A DNA stretch of 64,000 bases from assembly GCA_025594325.1 (NCBI GenBank), contig JANHCV010000005.1:744001-808000 (forward strand). Reading direction: 5' to 3'. The notes beneath the pieces were generated by a model that saw only the letters and a program-made list of their open reading frames with translations, ran no database searches and was not told the origin of the DNA. Shown one piece after another: positions 11,197 to 23,727 of this stretch (the first letter of the stretch is position 1; each line of letters begins with the position of its first letter). The DNA is from Blastocladiella emersonii ATCC 22665. Taxonomy: Eukaryota; Fungi; Blastocladiomycota. The position numbers and the translations under genes are program-made.

Positions 11197-13032
11197 TCAA
11201 AGTCGCGACTGGACCAGTTTCTGCGACCGGTACGCGCGCGCGTTGGCCTCAAGGTCGGCGAGCGGGTAGAGGTAGTTGACCATGAACGTGAAACTCTGGG
11301 CCATGCCCTTGGCTAGACGGGTGACGAGCGCGGTGAGCGGGTGAGTATCACGCAAAAATGAAGTCGCGACGACAGTGACGTACGCGAGACGTCGCCCATC
11401 CAGTTGAGCTGGTACGCGACGGCGCCGTTACCGAGGTGGAAGCGCGCGACCGGGTCCTTGTGCGTGGCCAGGAGGTAACTAAACGGGACATGAGGGTCAG
11501 CTCGGGATCGGCCATCGAGCGGATCTCGGCAACCAGGCCGCGGCCACGGAACACGTACTGCTTGCAAATGGGCGTGAGCACGGACCCGACGAACCGGCAC
11601 TGCGCGGCGTCGTGGATCCACTTGCCGCGGTCGACCATGGCGCCGAACACGCCAAAATCGCCAAAGGTGCGCTTCACGGACCCGCGGATCGGCGCGGGCA
11701 CGCACTGCTGGACCTCGGCCGACTTCCACCCGGTCGCGGCGATCCACGCGCGGAACGACGGGATCGGCGACAGCGTGGTGAACGTGTGGACGTTGGGCAC
11801 GGTCTCCTGGAGCTCGGCGACGCCGCGCTTGATGATGCGCGACCCGACGTCGATCCCCGACAGCCCGCGCATCGTCGAGTTGACCGAGTAGAAGGTGGCC
11901 GTGGTCGCGGCGGCGCGGCCCGCCGGGTCGCCCGCGGTCGGGTCCTGCAGCAGGGACTGGACTGAGCCCGGGATCGTCGTCGTCAGCGCGACCTGCAGGA
12001 ACGCGATCGGGTCGGCCAGCTGCGGGTGCGTGAAGGCGTAGATCAACCGTTGCGCCTGCAGCCGCCGGTCCAGGTCGTCGAGCGTGCGCAGCGGGTGGAC
12101 CGTCTCGTATTGAATCAGCTATGCGGTACGCGCGCGCGTCAGTTGAGCGCAACGACACGGTGACGCGCTAAGGAAGCGTGCCTTGCGCTTGAACTCGACG
12201 CTCGCACTGCGCTCGACGGTGACGAAGCGCAGGTCGCGGAGCAGCGAGGTCTGGATCTGGCGCTTGAGCACGGTGACGGCGGTCTGCATGGACGGCGGGG
12301 TCGTGGTGGCGCGCGAGTGCATGTGTTGCTACGATCGCGAGATGAGATGAGCGACGCGTCTGGATGGACCTAGCAGCGCGAACGCAGCCGTACCAGCATG
12401 TCCCCGCGGACAGTGATGAGGAACTGCAGTCCCCACGGCTGCACCGAGATGAGGCGCGATACCTTGGCGACGGTGCGCACCGAGAGGTCTAGCGGGATCG
12501 CGCGTCAGCTCACAGCCGTCGCACTACTGTCAGCAGACCTACCGCGCTCCCAGAGCTCCTGCTTGGCACCGCGGTCCATGGCGGCGTACGAGGTGCGCAG
12601 CTCGAGCAGGTCCTCGGCGACGAGGTCCGGGTCGGACATGGACGTCATGGCGAAAGACGCGAGGTGCTCGAGCGAGGTCACAAAGTGCTCGACGAGCTCG
12701 TTGGTGTAGGCGGGGATCGTCATGGTGCCGGCGGGCGTGGGCGGGGCGAGGGGGCGCGACGAGTAGGGGGACCAGGCGGGGCCCGTCGCTGACGAGTTAT
12801 AGCGGCGCGGCTGCGGCAGCGGTGGCTGCGTCGAGTCGAATGCAGCTAGCCGTGTGCGTGCAGCCCCCAACGACGAGCGGCTCAGAACTCGGGGACGAGG
12901 AAGCGATAGCGCCGAGGCCGAGCGATGGAGCACGCTCAGCGCGATTCCGTGCGTCCGCGGTGCTGGGGCAGCACCCGCCGTGCTCGATACATGGGGGAGG
13001 AGGTGGCGCACCCAGACAGCGGCGCTGGCCAT
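11197..13032 (-). CDS. MLYCD: Malonyl-CoA decarboxylase
   Basis: IYAFTHPQLADPIAFLQVAL, ATFYSVNSTMRGLSGIDVG, FTTLSPIPSF, DPVARFHLGNGA..YQLNWMGDVS and FMVNYLY. Several short introns. The last exon ends ...KLVQSRL-TGA (11199-11197). Confidence 0.9.
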
Positions 13033-13431
13033 GCCGGTGCGATGGTAGTCGGCGTGTCCGGCACGAGGGCGGAGCGGGAGCGGGAGCGACAACGCGCGTC
13101 GTCGTCGGCGCGGATTCAGCGAGTCAAGGGGCGCGTCCGGCGGCGAGGGGGGCGGAGGGCGCGCGCTTCATGGCAGGATCGGTTCGGGAGAGGCACGGTG
13201 CCGGCATGCAGTCGAGCACGACGAGGTCGGCGGGCGACGGCGGCAGCGACCGTGAAGGAGAGTTGGGGCAAGGCGGGCCGGCCCGAGCGCGCGGATCCCA
13301 CTCGCCGGCCGCGCGGCGACCAACGCTCCTGCGCCTGCGTGCCTCCGTGGTCGCTACGTGGAGCCAACCTCCACTCTCGCTCTCGCTCTCGCTCTCTCCC
13401 ATGTGAATGATGATCCAACCGTGCATGCATG

Positions 13432-14555
13432 CTAGTTCTCAAACGAGGGCGGGACCCGTGCGCCGGGCCCCGGGCTCATCGCGCGCGGCGCGACCATGGA
13501 GGCGGGCACGGGCTCGCCCTGGCGCAGCGGCAGCGGGAAGAACCAGCGCACGAGCCGGTGCAGGATGCCCGGGTCGCTGAGCGTCGCGTGCGCAAAGTCC
13601 TCCCACGAGATGCGGCTCGGCGCGCCCTTGACGGCCGTGATCCCGTCGGTCCCGTTGCTGATCAGGAGCGGCTGCCCGAGGACCGCTTGGAACACGGATG
13701 AGATCCAGTCGTACGTGCTCCGCTACACGGGTCGTTCGGTGAGGCGAGGTGGGACAGGGAGGGAAGGGCGTGGGAGCGTACCAGTTCGACCTTCTCGGCG
13801 CGCAGAAAGGTGCCGTGCTTGGCGGGACACGAAAAGTAGCGCTTGGTCTTGATGGACCCGTCGCACGTCCCGCCCGGGATCGGCAGCTGGACTCCGAGCC
13901 AGTCGCTGCCCTTGCCGCGCTCGGGCACCTCGCCCGCGTACTGCACCGTGCCGAACGTGCCCGTCGACTTGATCACCACCTGGTCGCCGACCGCGATCTA
14001 CGTTCCGTCGCGAGTGAACGGCTGTACTCTTTGAGTCTTTGAGGGCAAAGTAAGCAGTACCTTGGTGCCGAGCAGCCGCGGCAGCACGACGAGCAGGTCG
14101 TTGATCGTCACAAACTCGTCGCCATCGACATCGAGGAAGTTGAACACGTCTGGACGCGCGGCGCGAGCTGTGAGCCTAGTACACCACCACCTCGATGAAA
14201 CCGTACATTGCAGCTTGACCGTGTGCGGACTCGAGTGCCACCACTGGATCATGCGGAGGTACTGTGGCAGCGTGATGGTCTGCGACTGGAACAGGATAGA
14301 GAGCGCCTGTTTCCTTCTTTGTCAGCGCGGTCCTTCACACCTCAAACTCTCAAGACGCACCCGCTGCGCAATCCAACTATTCCCCGACGTCGCCGTGGCC
14401 AGCACTTGTGCGTGCGCGTACTGCGCGTACAGGATCTCGGCCTCGGTGAACTGGAACTTGGCGCGGTACTCGTCCGCCTCGCGCGGCGACAGGCGCGGGA
14501 GCGCGCCCACGTCGATGCTCACGGCCTGCTGCTCCCCAGACTGCTGGTTCCCCAT
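13432..14555 (-). CDS. Myristoylated calcineurin-B/NCS-like EF-hand protein with an inserted CAP-Gly domain
   Basis: Spliced model: MGNQQSG... / LWIAQR / ALSILFQSQTITLPQYLRMIQWWHSSPHTVKLQ / YVFNFLDVDGDEFVTINDLL (EF hand) / IAVGDQVVIKSTGTFGTVQYAG...WLGVQL...CDGSIKTKRYFSCPAKHGTFLRAEKV (CAP-Gly) / ...SRISWEDFAHATLSDP. All introns have GT-AG ends and preserve frame. Confidence 0.75.
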
Positions 14556-14800
14556 CTCGGCGGCGACGAAAGACGAGGGGAAGAGCGACGCGTCGCCGCG
14601 ACGCGTTTCGCGCGGGCAGTGACAGATCCCGTGATGCCACATGGGCTGATCGCAGCCCGTGCAAACAGGTCGCTGCTGCCGCCACGCCGCCGCGGGGCGC
14701 GCGGCCGTCGAGCACGTCGTTGGCGCTGACCCTAGTGCGACTAGCCCGCGTTTCGACGACCACGAAGCTATTGCAAACGCCTTGCTCGCCTCGCCTCGCC

Positions 14801-16572
14801 ATGACTGTTCTCCAGCAGACCTTCTTCGAGGCCTCGGACGCCGACCTGGTGCAGATCACACGCCCCTACCAGTTCGCGCGTGCCGCCGTCGCCACGGGGT
14901 CCTCGGGCGACTTGATGCATCGACTTGGTTGATCCATGTATTCTGGCCGACCTGGGCCCCGTGGCGGGGGCGGGTTGCGCGCGCGCGAACGCCTCGCCCG
15001 CGCCTCCAGGACACCAACTAAACGTTCCCACCTCGCTCCGGTGACCCGTGTATCCCCTCCTCCCACCGCGCGCTCTCTCGATTCGCGAAACCACAGGCGC
15101 TCCAGTATGCCGCCGTCGTGGCCAAGCTCCGCGGCGAGTCGGCCGACGACACCGAGTCGGCGCAGGCCGAGGCGCGCGCCGCCGTCGAGAAGGGTTCCGC
15201 CGCCGTGCGCGCCCTCGTCGAGCGCTACGCTGCCGAGGGTGCCGCCCTCCTCAACGTCCCCGAGACCCAGGTCGAGGGCTTCTACGCCCTGCTCCTCGCC
15301 CTGATCCAGGCCGTCGCCTCTGCTGCCGACTCGGAGAAGCTCGAGATCGAGCTGCTCCGCGCTGTCGCCAAGTCGATCGAGGAGTCTGCGTCCGACAAGG
15401 GTGTGCTCAAGATCAAGCTGTACGCTCTCTCCTGACCTGCAAAACGAGGTTGCTGCATGCTAACTCGCGCAACGTGTAGCCTGACCCACCTGTTCAACAA
15501 CACGGCCGTCAACTCGTCGGTCCGCCTGCACATCTTCACGTCGCTCGTCAAGGTGGCGGCCAAGCACGGCGAGCTCAAGGTGCTCGCGACGCAGGTGCCG
15601 CACATTGGCGCGTGGTGCAAGCAGTGGGGCGCGTCGGCCGAGCAGACCTCGGCGCTGTACACGCTGCTCGCCGACAAGTACCTCGCGGCCGCCCTGTGGG
15701 AGGAGGCCGTGACCGTGCTGACGGCGCAGATCAACCAGGCGTACGAGAACGGCGCCAAGCCCGCCAAGGGCGACATCGAGCCCATCTACCTCCGCGCCCT
15801 CGTCGCCGGCCTCGCCCCCGCCCGCAAGGTCGTGAACCTGTCGGACCTGTTCGTGACCGCCGCCACCGCCGCCCTCGCCGCCACGCCCGCCGCCAAGATC
15901 CTCACCGCGTACGTGCACGGTGACGTCAACGCGTACAAGGCCGTGCACGACGAGGTGGCCAAGCTCGTGACCAAGGCCGCCATCAAGCCCTCGGCCAAGT
16001 CCGCCGCGCTCGTCCCCGCCGCCGTCGCGACGGCGACTCAGGCCAAGCTCCGCATGCTGCACCTGACCACGCTCCCCGTCGGCACCCCGCTCGAGCTCGC
16101 GTCGGTCGCGTCCTCGCTCGGCGTCAAGTCGACGCGCGAGGTCGAAGTCGTGTTCATCTCGGCCGTGGCGTCGCACCTCGTCAAGGGCAAGATCGACGGG
16201 ATCGCGCAGACGCTCCTGCTCACCGCCACCAACAAGCCGCACTTCACTGCCGCCGACTGGGAGACGCTCCTCGCCGACCTCGACGCGTGGAAGGCCAGCC
16301 TCGGCCGCGTGTCCCGCTCCATCAACAACCTGCGCGACCTCGACGACGACGACGAGTCGGACGAGGACTCGCTCCTCGACGAGGAGGAAGACGAGGAGCA
16401 CTTTGACGACGAGGACGACGAGGCTTACTCGGGCGACGAGGCCGCTGATGCGCCTGCCGCTGCTGCCGCTGCGGCACCCGAGGCTGCGGCCGCCGCGCCG
16501 GCGGGCGAGGACGACGACGACGTGGACGCCGAGTACGTGACCATTTCCGCACGCGATTTGGTTGACGAGTAA
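14801..16572 (+). CDS. EIF3M: Eukaryotic translation initiation factor 3 subunit M (PCI domain)
   Basis: Exon 1 is MTVLQQTFFEASDADL, followed by a 248-nt intron (14849-15096, donor inferred). LKIKLLTHLFN...SVRLHIFTSLVKVA...QVPHIGAWCKQW aligns by eye with eIF3m. C-terminal PCI region (KLRMLHLTTL...EVEVVFISAV...VKGKID) followed by an acidic tail. Confidence 0.85.
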
Positions 16573-16755
16573 ACTCCTGCTTGTTGCTTACCCCCGGTTC
16601 CTGCTCGTTGCGCTCGCAGGTAGGGAGTGTCGACTCGCCGCCGCTCGCTGGTCCGCCTCCAAGTTGCTTGCTGAACCTCGCGCATACACACACTCGTTGG
16701 TTGAATGATTGAATTTTGTTTGCAAAAGTCGTGTATCCTCCTCCCCCCAAATCAG

Positions 16756-17464
16756 TTAGTTCCCCACAGGCTTAGCCGCGCCGGGCGCTGCCGCGGCCTC
16801 CTTGGACGCGGCCGACTCCTCGTCGTTCCCGTCGCACGGCGGCGGGATCGGCGAGCTCGGGTCGATGGGCGGGTGCGCGACCTTGCCGACGCGGAAGTAC
16901 TTGTCGCTGTTCTCGTAGAAGCTGCGCCACTCGTCGACCGACTTGAGCTCGTCGGGCGTGAGCCCGCGCAGGTCGGGCGTCAGGTGGGTCTGGAAGCAGC
17001 CCGTCACGAACGCGCGGCCCGCGTCCCGGCCCGAGAAGAAGCTGTACCCGCCGCCTGGGCCGTAGTACTCGCGGCCGGCCGTCACGTCGAACACGTCGCC
17101 CATCACCGCCAAGTAGATGGGCAGCGTCGGGTCGGTCCCGTTGTACAGCGCCAGCTCGGCGGGGGTTAGGGTGAGCGACGGCTGCAGGTACTGCGCCTTG
17201 AGCCGCGCGAGCGTCGGCGGGGCGTAGTTCCACGTGAAGTTGCCGTTGATCTACACGTATGCACGGGTCAGCGCTCGTGCTGACGACGGAAAGAGCAAGG
17301 AGAGCGCGTACGAGGTACGACAGCGCGGCAGCGAGCCCAACGAGGATCGCGACGAGGTTCAGCACACCGACGCAGATGTCGCGCGCGGAGCGGGCGCCGC
17401 CCTTGGCCGGCTTGCGCGCGGGCTTGGCCTTGGGGTCGTAATGCAGCCGGTTAGCGTGCACCAT
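16756..17464 (-). CDS. Membrane-associated progesterone-receptor (MAPR) family cytochrome b5-like heme/steroid-binding protein
   Basis: N-terminal TM segment (VGVLNLVAILVGLAAALSYL), then LTLTPAELALYNGTDPTLPIYLAVMGDVFDVTAG..YYGPGGGYSFFSGRDAGRAFVTG...WRSFYENSDKYFRVG. The start codon is uncertain. Confidence 0.85.
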
Positions 17465-18244
17465 TGTGGCCGTGATGCGTTACAGTGCGAGGTGGTGATG
17501 GAGAGCAAGGGAGAGGCGCGTCGCGTCGATGCAAAGTGGTCGGCGCGTCGCCATGAGGTCCAGATCACCGACCGCCGCGGCGTCGAAGCTCTCGGCGCTG
17601 AGACCTCGCTGTGCATGCAGCGCTGGATCACGGAGCTGTACATGATGCATTCATGATGGTGATCCATGGCCGAAGATGGGCGGGAAGCTCCTCCCTCGCG
17701 TCGAGGGCGAGGATGGGCGCGGACCCACACCCCTTTCGCGGCAACCATCGTGGCGGCGACGACGGCGCCGGCCGCGCAGCACGCGTGCATGTGGCGGCAG
17801 GGACCTGAAACCTCTGCGCTCAAGTCGGTGCGAAGCTGCGGCGTAGCGCGACCAAACGACGCCCTCGATGGCCTGATCATGTCGGGTCGCCGCCCGCTGC
17901 CCGCGGCGCGTTGAAACTTTGAGCCTCGAAGTTGGAGTCGCCCGCCCGCGCAAGCACGCGAGGTTGCGCGGCGAAGAACGTGCGCGGCGGCGAGCGTTGC
18001 GGTCCAGCGAGGCACGCGGGGACCCACGCGTGTCGGGCGGCTCAGCAGGTGCGGCGACGCCCCCGCCTGCGCCACAGTCCGCCGGCCGCCACATCGCGAT
18101 GGCCGCGATTCCGTGGTTGGTCGAGCAATGGACGCCGGCCAATCCCCCGCTAAACGCACCCAATCGACGCGCTCACGCGGCCTTTGCGCGGCACGGCGCG
18201 GGCTGCTGTATCAGCCACGGATCGGAGCCCTTGTCAAGGGACGC

Positions 18245-18286
18245 GAGGAGGAGGAGGAGGAGGAGGAGGAGGAGGAGGAGGAGGAG
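18245..18286. repeat. (GAG)14 microsatellite in an intergenic region
   Basis: 14 consecutive GAG triplets read directly. No supported ORF context. Confidence 0.9.
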
Positions 18287-19578
18287 GATGATGGCGGTGG
18301 TGATGACCGCGTCTTCGTCCCTGCGACCGCGTCGCAGAACATGACCGGTGGCGGCGGCAGCGGTGGCGAAGACGCCGAGGGCGATGCCTCAGGGACGACA
18401 CGGGCGCCGCCTTGTTCACGGCGGTGAGCTCTTAAAAAGCGCCCGGCGGCGGCGACGATGGCGCGAGCGCTCGCCCCGGGCGCGCGGGTCTCCGGTGGCG
18501 AAACCCGGCCAAGACGCTTCACGTGATGGGCGCCCACTCACTCGGCAAATTTCGCACGCGTTTCAGCAGCTGGCCACGCGGGCGAGCGGGCGGGCGGCGA
18601 GGGGGGTGGATACGCCCATACAAGCGACCCGCCGGCCTTATTCTGGACCGCTTGCTTGTGTGTCGCCACCACCGCCTCGCGGGCGCCTGCATGCGGGCGC
18701 CTGCCCACCGTCGCCACCGACGCTCAAAACCGCGCCGGCCCCGCATCCCTCGCTGCTTCTCTCGCCCCACTCTCGCACGCTAGCTCGTTCGTCTGTGGTA
18801 TGCTACCGCCGACTCCCTCGCTCGAGTGATGCTGCTGCTGCTGCTGCTCCACCTTCGACATCCTCCTCCCGAGCCCGCTCCTCTGTCACCTCGCCGCCGT
18901 CCTCGCCGTGGCTACCAACATCGCCGCCGCCTCCACCCCGCATCCCTTGTGGCGCCCGTCGATCCTCCTCCTTCCTCGTCTCGTCTCGGCCACGGCCACC
19001 CGTGGCCGGCGCCGACCCTCGCTCGCGAGCCCCGATCGAATCAACCGCCGCCGTGCGACGTCTCGGAGCTGGCCTGGCTTCGGCGTGCGTGGCGCCACAC
19101 GCGGCGGGCCCTTGCAGTCTTGCATGGACGAGATCCCTCGGGGCGTCGTGGCGGCGGCCCTTGTCGGTCACCGCGCTTCGCCCAACGTAGGCCTCGCTCG
19201 CTCGCAGGACATCCTGCAGGGTCGGCGTGGGGCGGCCGCAGCCTTCGCCGCACCCTGCCGCAGCGCTCCGCCCTCGCCGTCGTCCATTGGCCGTGCACTG
19301 AATCTCGGCGGTCATGCGCACGGGTCGCCGCCGTCGTTGTCGCTGACCACTGCGGCAGCGGCGGAAGCGAGTGTGGCGAAAAACGGGATCCGGCTGTCGG
19401 GTGGCGCTGCAGCACGTTTTCCTCGCCGATCACTCGCCCATCGCCCGCCCGCTCCTCTCCTCTCCTCTCTCCCACTCTCGCGGCAGTATCACTCGAGACC
19501 CATGCAACTTGACTAGATCACCGTCGTCTAACTCGCCGCATCGTCTCCAGGTCCTCCTTTAGACGCAAGTCCTAGATT

Positions 19579-19584
19579 TATAGA
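19579..19584 (+). promoter_or_regulatory. TATA-like element (TATAGA)
   Basis: TTTATAGAA lies 100 nt upstream of the ATG at 19679, followed by a C/A-rich putative 5'UTR. Confidence 0.45.
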
Positions 19585-19678
19585 AGCCTGATATCCTCGT
19601 CAGTGCACCTCTACGCTTGCACCAACCACCACTCCCTCCACCCCCTCCCCACCCCCACCCACCAACCTCATCTCTATC

Positions 19679-21475
19679 ATGAAGTTCGCCGCTGTTGCCG
19701 CCGCCACCCTGGCGTTCGCCGCCGCCGTCGAGGCCAACAAGTCGTCGGGCGGTGACGGCTCGACCCCCGCGCCCGTCACGACCAAGTACGAGCAGGGCAA
19801 CGTGCCCCAGATCATCACGTACGCGCTCGAGCACCTCAACAACATCCGCGCGTCCAAGGGCCTGCAGCCCCTGTGCATCAACAAGGCCCTCCAGGCCTCG
19901 GCCCAGGACCAGTCCAACTGGATGGCGTCGGTCGGCAAGCTCGACCACCGCCCCGACACGTTCGAGCGCTTCGACGGCTACGGCTACGCCCAGAACGTGC
20001 CCCGCGCCGAGAACATTGCCGTGAACCAGATCGGCGTGTCCAAGGGCGGCTGCTTCGGCCAGTACAACTCGATCGCCGTCAAGGACGACACCACCTCGGC
20101 CGCCTACACCACCGACTGCGCCTGGTACCAGTCGCCCGGCCACTACAAGAACATGATGACCCCCGGCTTCAACCAGGTCGGCATCGCCTACACCAAGGGC
20201 AACTGGATGGGCTCGCCCTCGTACTACTGGACCCAGAACTTTGGTACCTCGGCCCAGCCCTGCGTCTCCAACGACTACAAGCCGGCGCCCGCCCCGGCCC
20301 CGAAGCCCGAGGAGCCCAAGCCCAAGCCGTACGTGCCCGCCCCGGCCCCGGCCCCGAAGCCGAAGCCCGAGGAGCCCAAGCCCAAGCCGTACGTGCCCGC
20401 CCCCGCCGAGGAGCCCAAGCCCAAGCCGTACGTGCCCAAGCCGGCCGAGGAGCCCAAGCCCGAGCCCAAGAAGACGTACTCGCCCGCCCCGACCCCCGCC
20501 AAGACCGAGGAGCCCCCCAAGAAGACGTACCCCGTCGTGACCCCGACCCCGACCCCGGCCAAGACCGCCACCGAGATCCCCAAGGAGACGTACCCCGCCA
20601 AGAAGACGACCACCGAGGAGCCCAAGAAGACGTACCCCGTCGTCGTCCCGACCCCCGTCAAGACCGCCACCGAGGTCCCCACGGCCACGTACCCCGTCAA
20701 GACCGCCACCGAGGTCCCGACCGCCACCTACCCCGTCGACACCCCCAAGAAGACGGTCAAGAAGTGCAAGAAGTGGATCAAGGGCGGCAAGAAGACCCCC
20801 GTCGCCACCACCCCCGCTGGCTACGGCAAGGACGCCGAGGTGCCCACCGCCACCACGCCCGCTGGCTACGGCAAGGACGACGAGGTCCCGACCGCCACGA
20901 CCCCCGCCGGTTACGGCAAGGACGCCGAGGTCCCCACGGCCACCACTCCCGCCGGTGACTACTCGTACGGCAAGGGTGCCGAGGTCCCCGCCGTCGTTCC
21001 CACCACCCCCGCTGGCTACGGCAAGGACACCCCCAAGCCCGCCGAGACCACGCCCGCCGGCTACGCCAAGGACACGCCCGCGCCCGTCGCCACCCCCTCG
21101 ACCCCCGCCGGCGACTACTCGTACGGCAAGGGTGCCGAGGTCCCCGCCGTCGTCCCCACCACTCCCGCTGGCTACGGCAAGGACGCCGAGGTGCCCACCG
21201 CCACCACCCCCGCTGGCTACGGCAAGGACGCCGAGGTCCCGACCGCCACCACCCCCGCCGGCGGCGACTACTCGTACGGCAACGGCGCCGAGGTCCCCGC
21301 GGCCACCACCCCCGCTGGTGAGTACGTTGCCCCCACGACCGAAGAGTACTCGTACGGCGCTGCCCCCGCGCCCGTCCCGGCCCCCGCGCCCGTGAAGCCC
21401 GCGTACGGCCGCAAGGCCGTCGAGACCCCCAAGGCCGAGGCCGTGCCCGCCTACACCGGCGAGTCGTTCTACTGA
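19679..21475 (+). CDS. Secreted CAP (SCP/YkwD-like) domain protein with an extensin-like Pro/Thr/Lys/Tyr repeat tail
   Basis: Signal peptide MKFAAVAAATLAFAAAVEA. CAP motifs LNNIRASKGLQPL, AENIA, WYQSPGHYKNMM, QVGIAY and YWTQNFG. Then KPKPYVP repeats and about 10 TPAGYGKDAEVP/DYSYG repeats, ending in SFY. Single exon with strong GC3 bias. Confidence 0.88.
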   Translation: MKFAAVAAATLAFAAAVEANKSSGGDGSTPAPVTTKYEQGNVPQIITYALEHLNNIRASKGLQPLCINKALQASAQDQSNWMASVGKLDHRPDTFERFDGYGYAQNVPRAENIAVNQIGVSKGGCFGQYNSIAVKDDTTSAAYTTDCAWYQSPGHYKNMMTPGFNQVGIAYTKGNWMGSPSYYWTQNFGTSAQPCVSNDYKPAPAPAPKPEEPKPKPYVPAPAPAPKPKPEEPKPKPYVPAPAEEPKPKPYVPKPAEEPKPEPKKTYSPAPTPAKTEEPPKKTYPVVTPTPTPAKTATEIPKETYPAKKTTTEEPKKTYPVVVPTPVKTATEVPTATYPVKTATEVPTATYPVDTPKKTVKKCKKWIKGGKKTPVATTPAGYGKDAEVPTATTPAGYGKDDEVPTATTPAGYGKDAEVPTATTPAGDYSYGKGAEVPAVVPTTPAGYGKDTPKPAETTPAGYAKDTPAPVATPSTPAGDYSYGKGAEVPAVVPTTPAGYGKDAEVPTATTPAGYGKDAEVPTATTPAGGDYSYGNGAEVPAATTPAGEYVAPTTEEYSYGAAPAPVPAPAPVKPAYGRKAVETPKAEAVPAYTGESFY

Positions 21476-21773
21476 ACGGCCTCGTCGTAGATGCTGATCC
21501 GGGTTTTTGATTCTTCTCCATTTTGTGTAAACAACGTTCTCTCTCTCCTCCCTCATTTTGTGATGGATTCCTCTCTTCTCTCGAAAAAAAGAAACGGCGC
21601 GGAAGGTGGCCTCGGCCACTTTCTCGCCCTTCGACCCATCATCCATCCTCGGTGTGCACCTGGCGTGCCTGCCTCTCCTCGCTTGCGCAACCCGCATATA
21701 ACCATGTAATAGACGCGCTCTTCATCCAACCCTTGGTCTTTCATGAGCGGATTCGGCGAAGCGAGAAGAAAAA

Positions 21774-21793
21774 CGCGTCGCGTCGCGTCGCGT
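21774..21793. promoter_or_regulatory. (CGCGT)x4 array starting with an ACGCGT (MCB-like) site upstream of RVB1
   Basis: AAAAACGCGTCGCGTCGCGTCGCGT lies about 160-180 nt upstream of the RVB1 ATG. Confidence 0.4.
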
Positions 21794-21949
21794 CGGCTCG
21801 CGTCTCCTCAACCGGATCATGTGAGGCCACTTGACGTGTCGCTCTCACCCGCACGCGACCGCGCGACCGCGCTCGTTCGCGACGCTTCTCCCTCGACGCG
21901 CTTGCCCCCTCAGCCCCTGCCTGCAACGCAGAACGCAACGTATACGCAA

Positions 21950-23457
<1,508 letters not shown>

Positions 23458-23727
23458 TGGTCGGGGTTGGTAGTCATGGCATGCGTGTAATTTGATTTTG
23501 TGCAATCATCCACGGGTGTCTCGCAGCGGACGTGAGACATGGTTCGCGTTCCCCTCGGTTACGGCGCACGTGCGAGTGAAAGCAACCGCCGCGCCGCTGC
23601 CCGTCGGTCGGTTGCGCGTGCGTGGCCGCCGCCTCCTCGCTCTCTCACGCTTCGCTTCCTTACTCTCCCTCACACCAAGCAATTACGTCTCCCACTGCAA
23701 CGTAATCAACCCACGGATTAGAACGCA

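Noticed and set aside
14891-14965. Possible TPP riboswitch or C/D snoRNA in the eIF3m intron
   Set aside because: Lacks the UGAGA and CCUGAU-type TPP core and lacks intact RUGAUGA/CUGA boxes. Kept only as an unassigned hairpin.
17470-19560. 2-kb region with many ORFs, including poly-Glu/poly-Ser frames from the GAG repeat
   Set aside because: No recognisable domain or consistent codon bias. Treated as the upstream regulatory region of the secreted repeat gene.
20280-21300. Regularly spaced direct repeats that could suggest a CRISPR-like array
   Set aside because: The repeats are in-frame coding units with synonymous variation and no unique spacers, and the context is eukaryotic with no cas genes.
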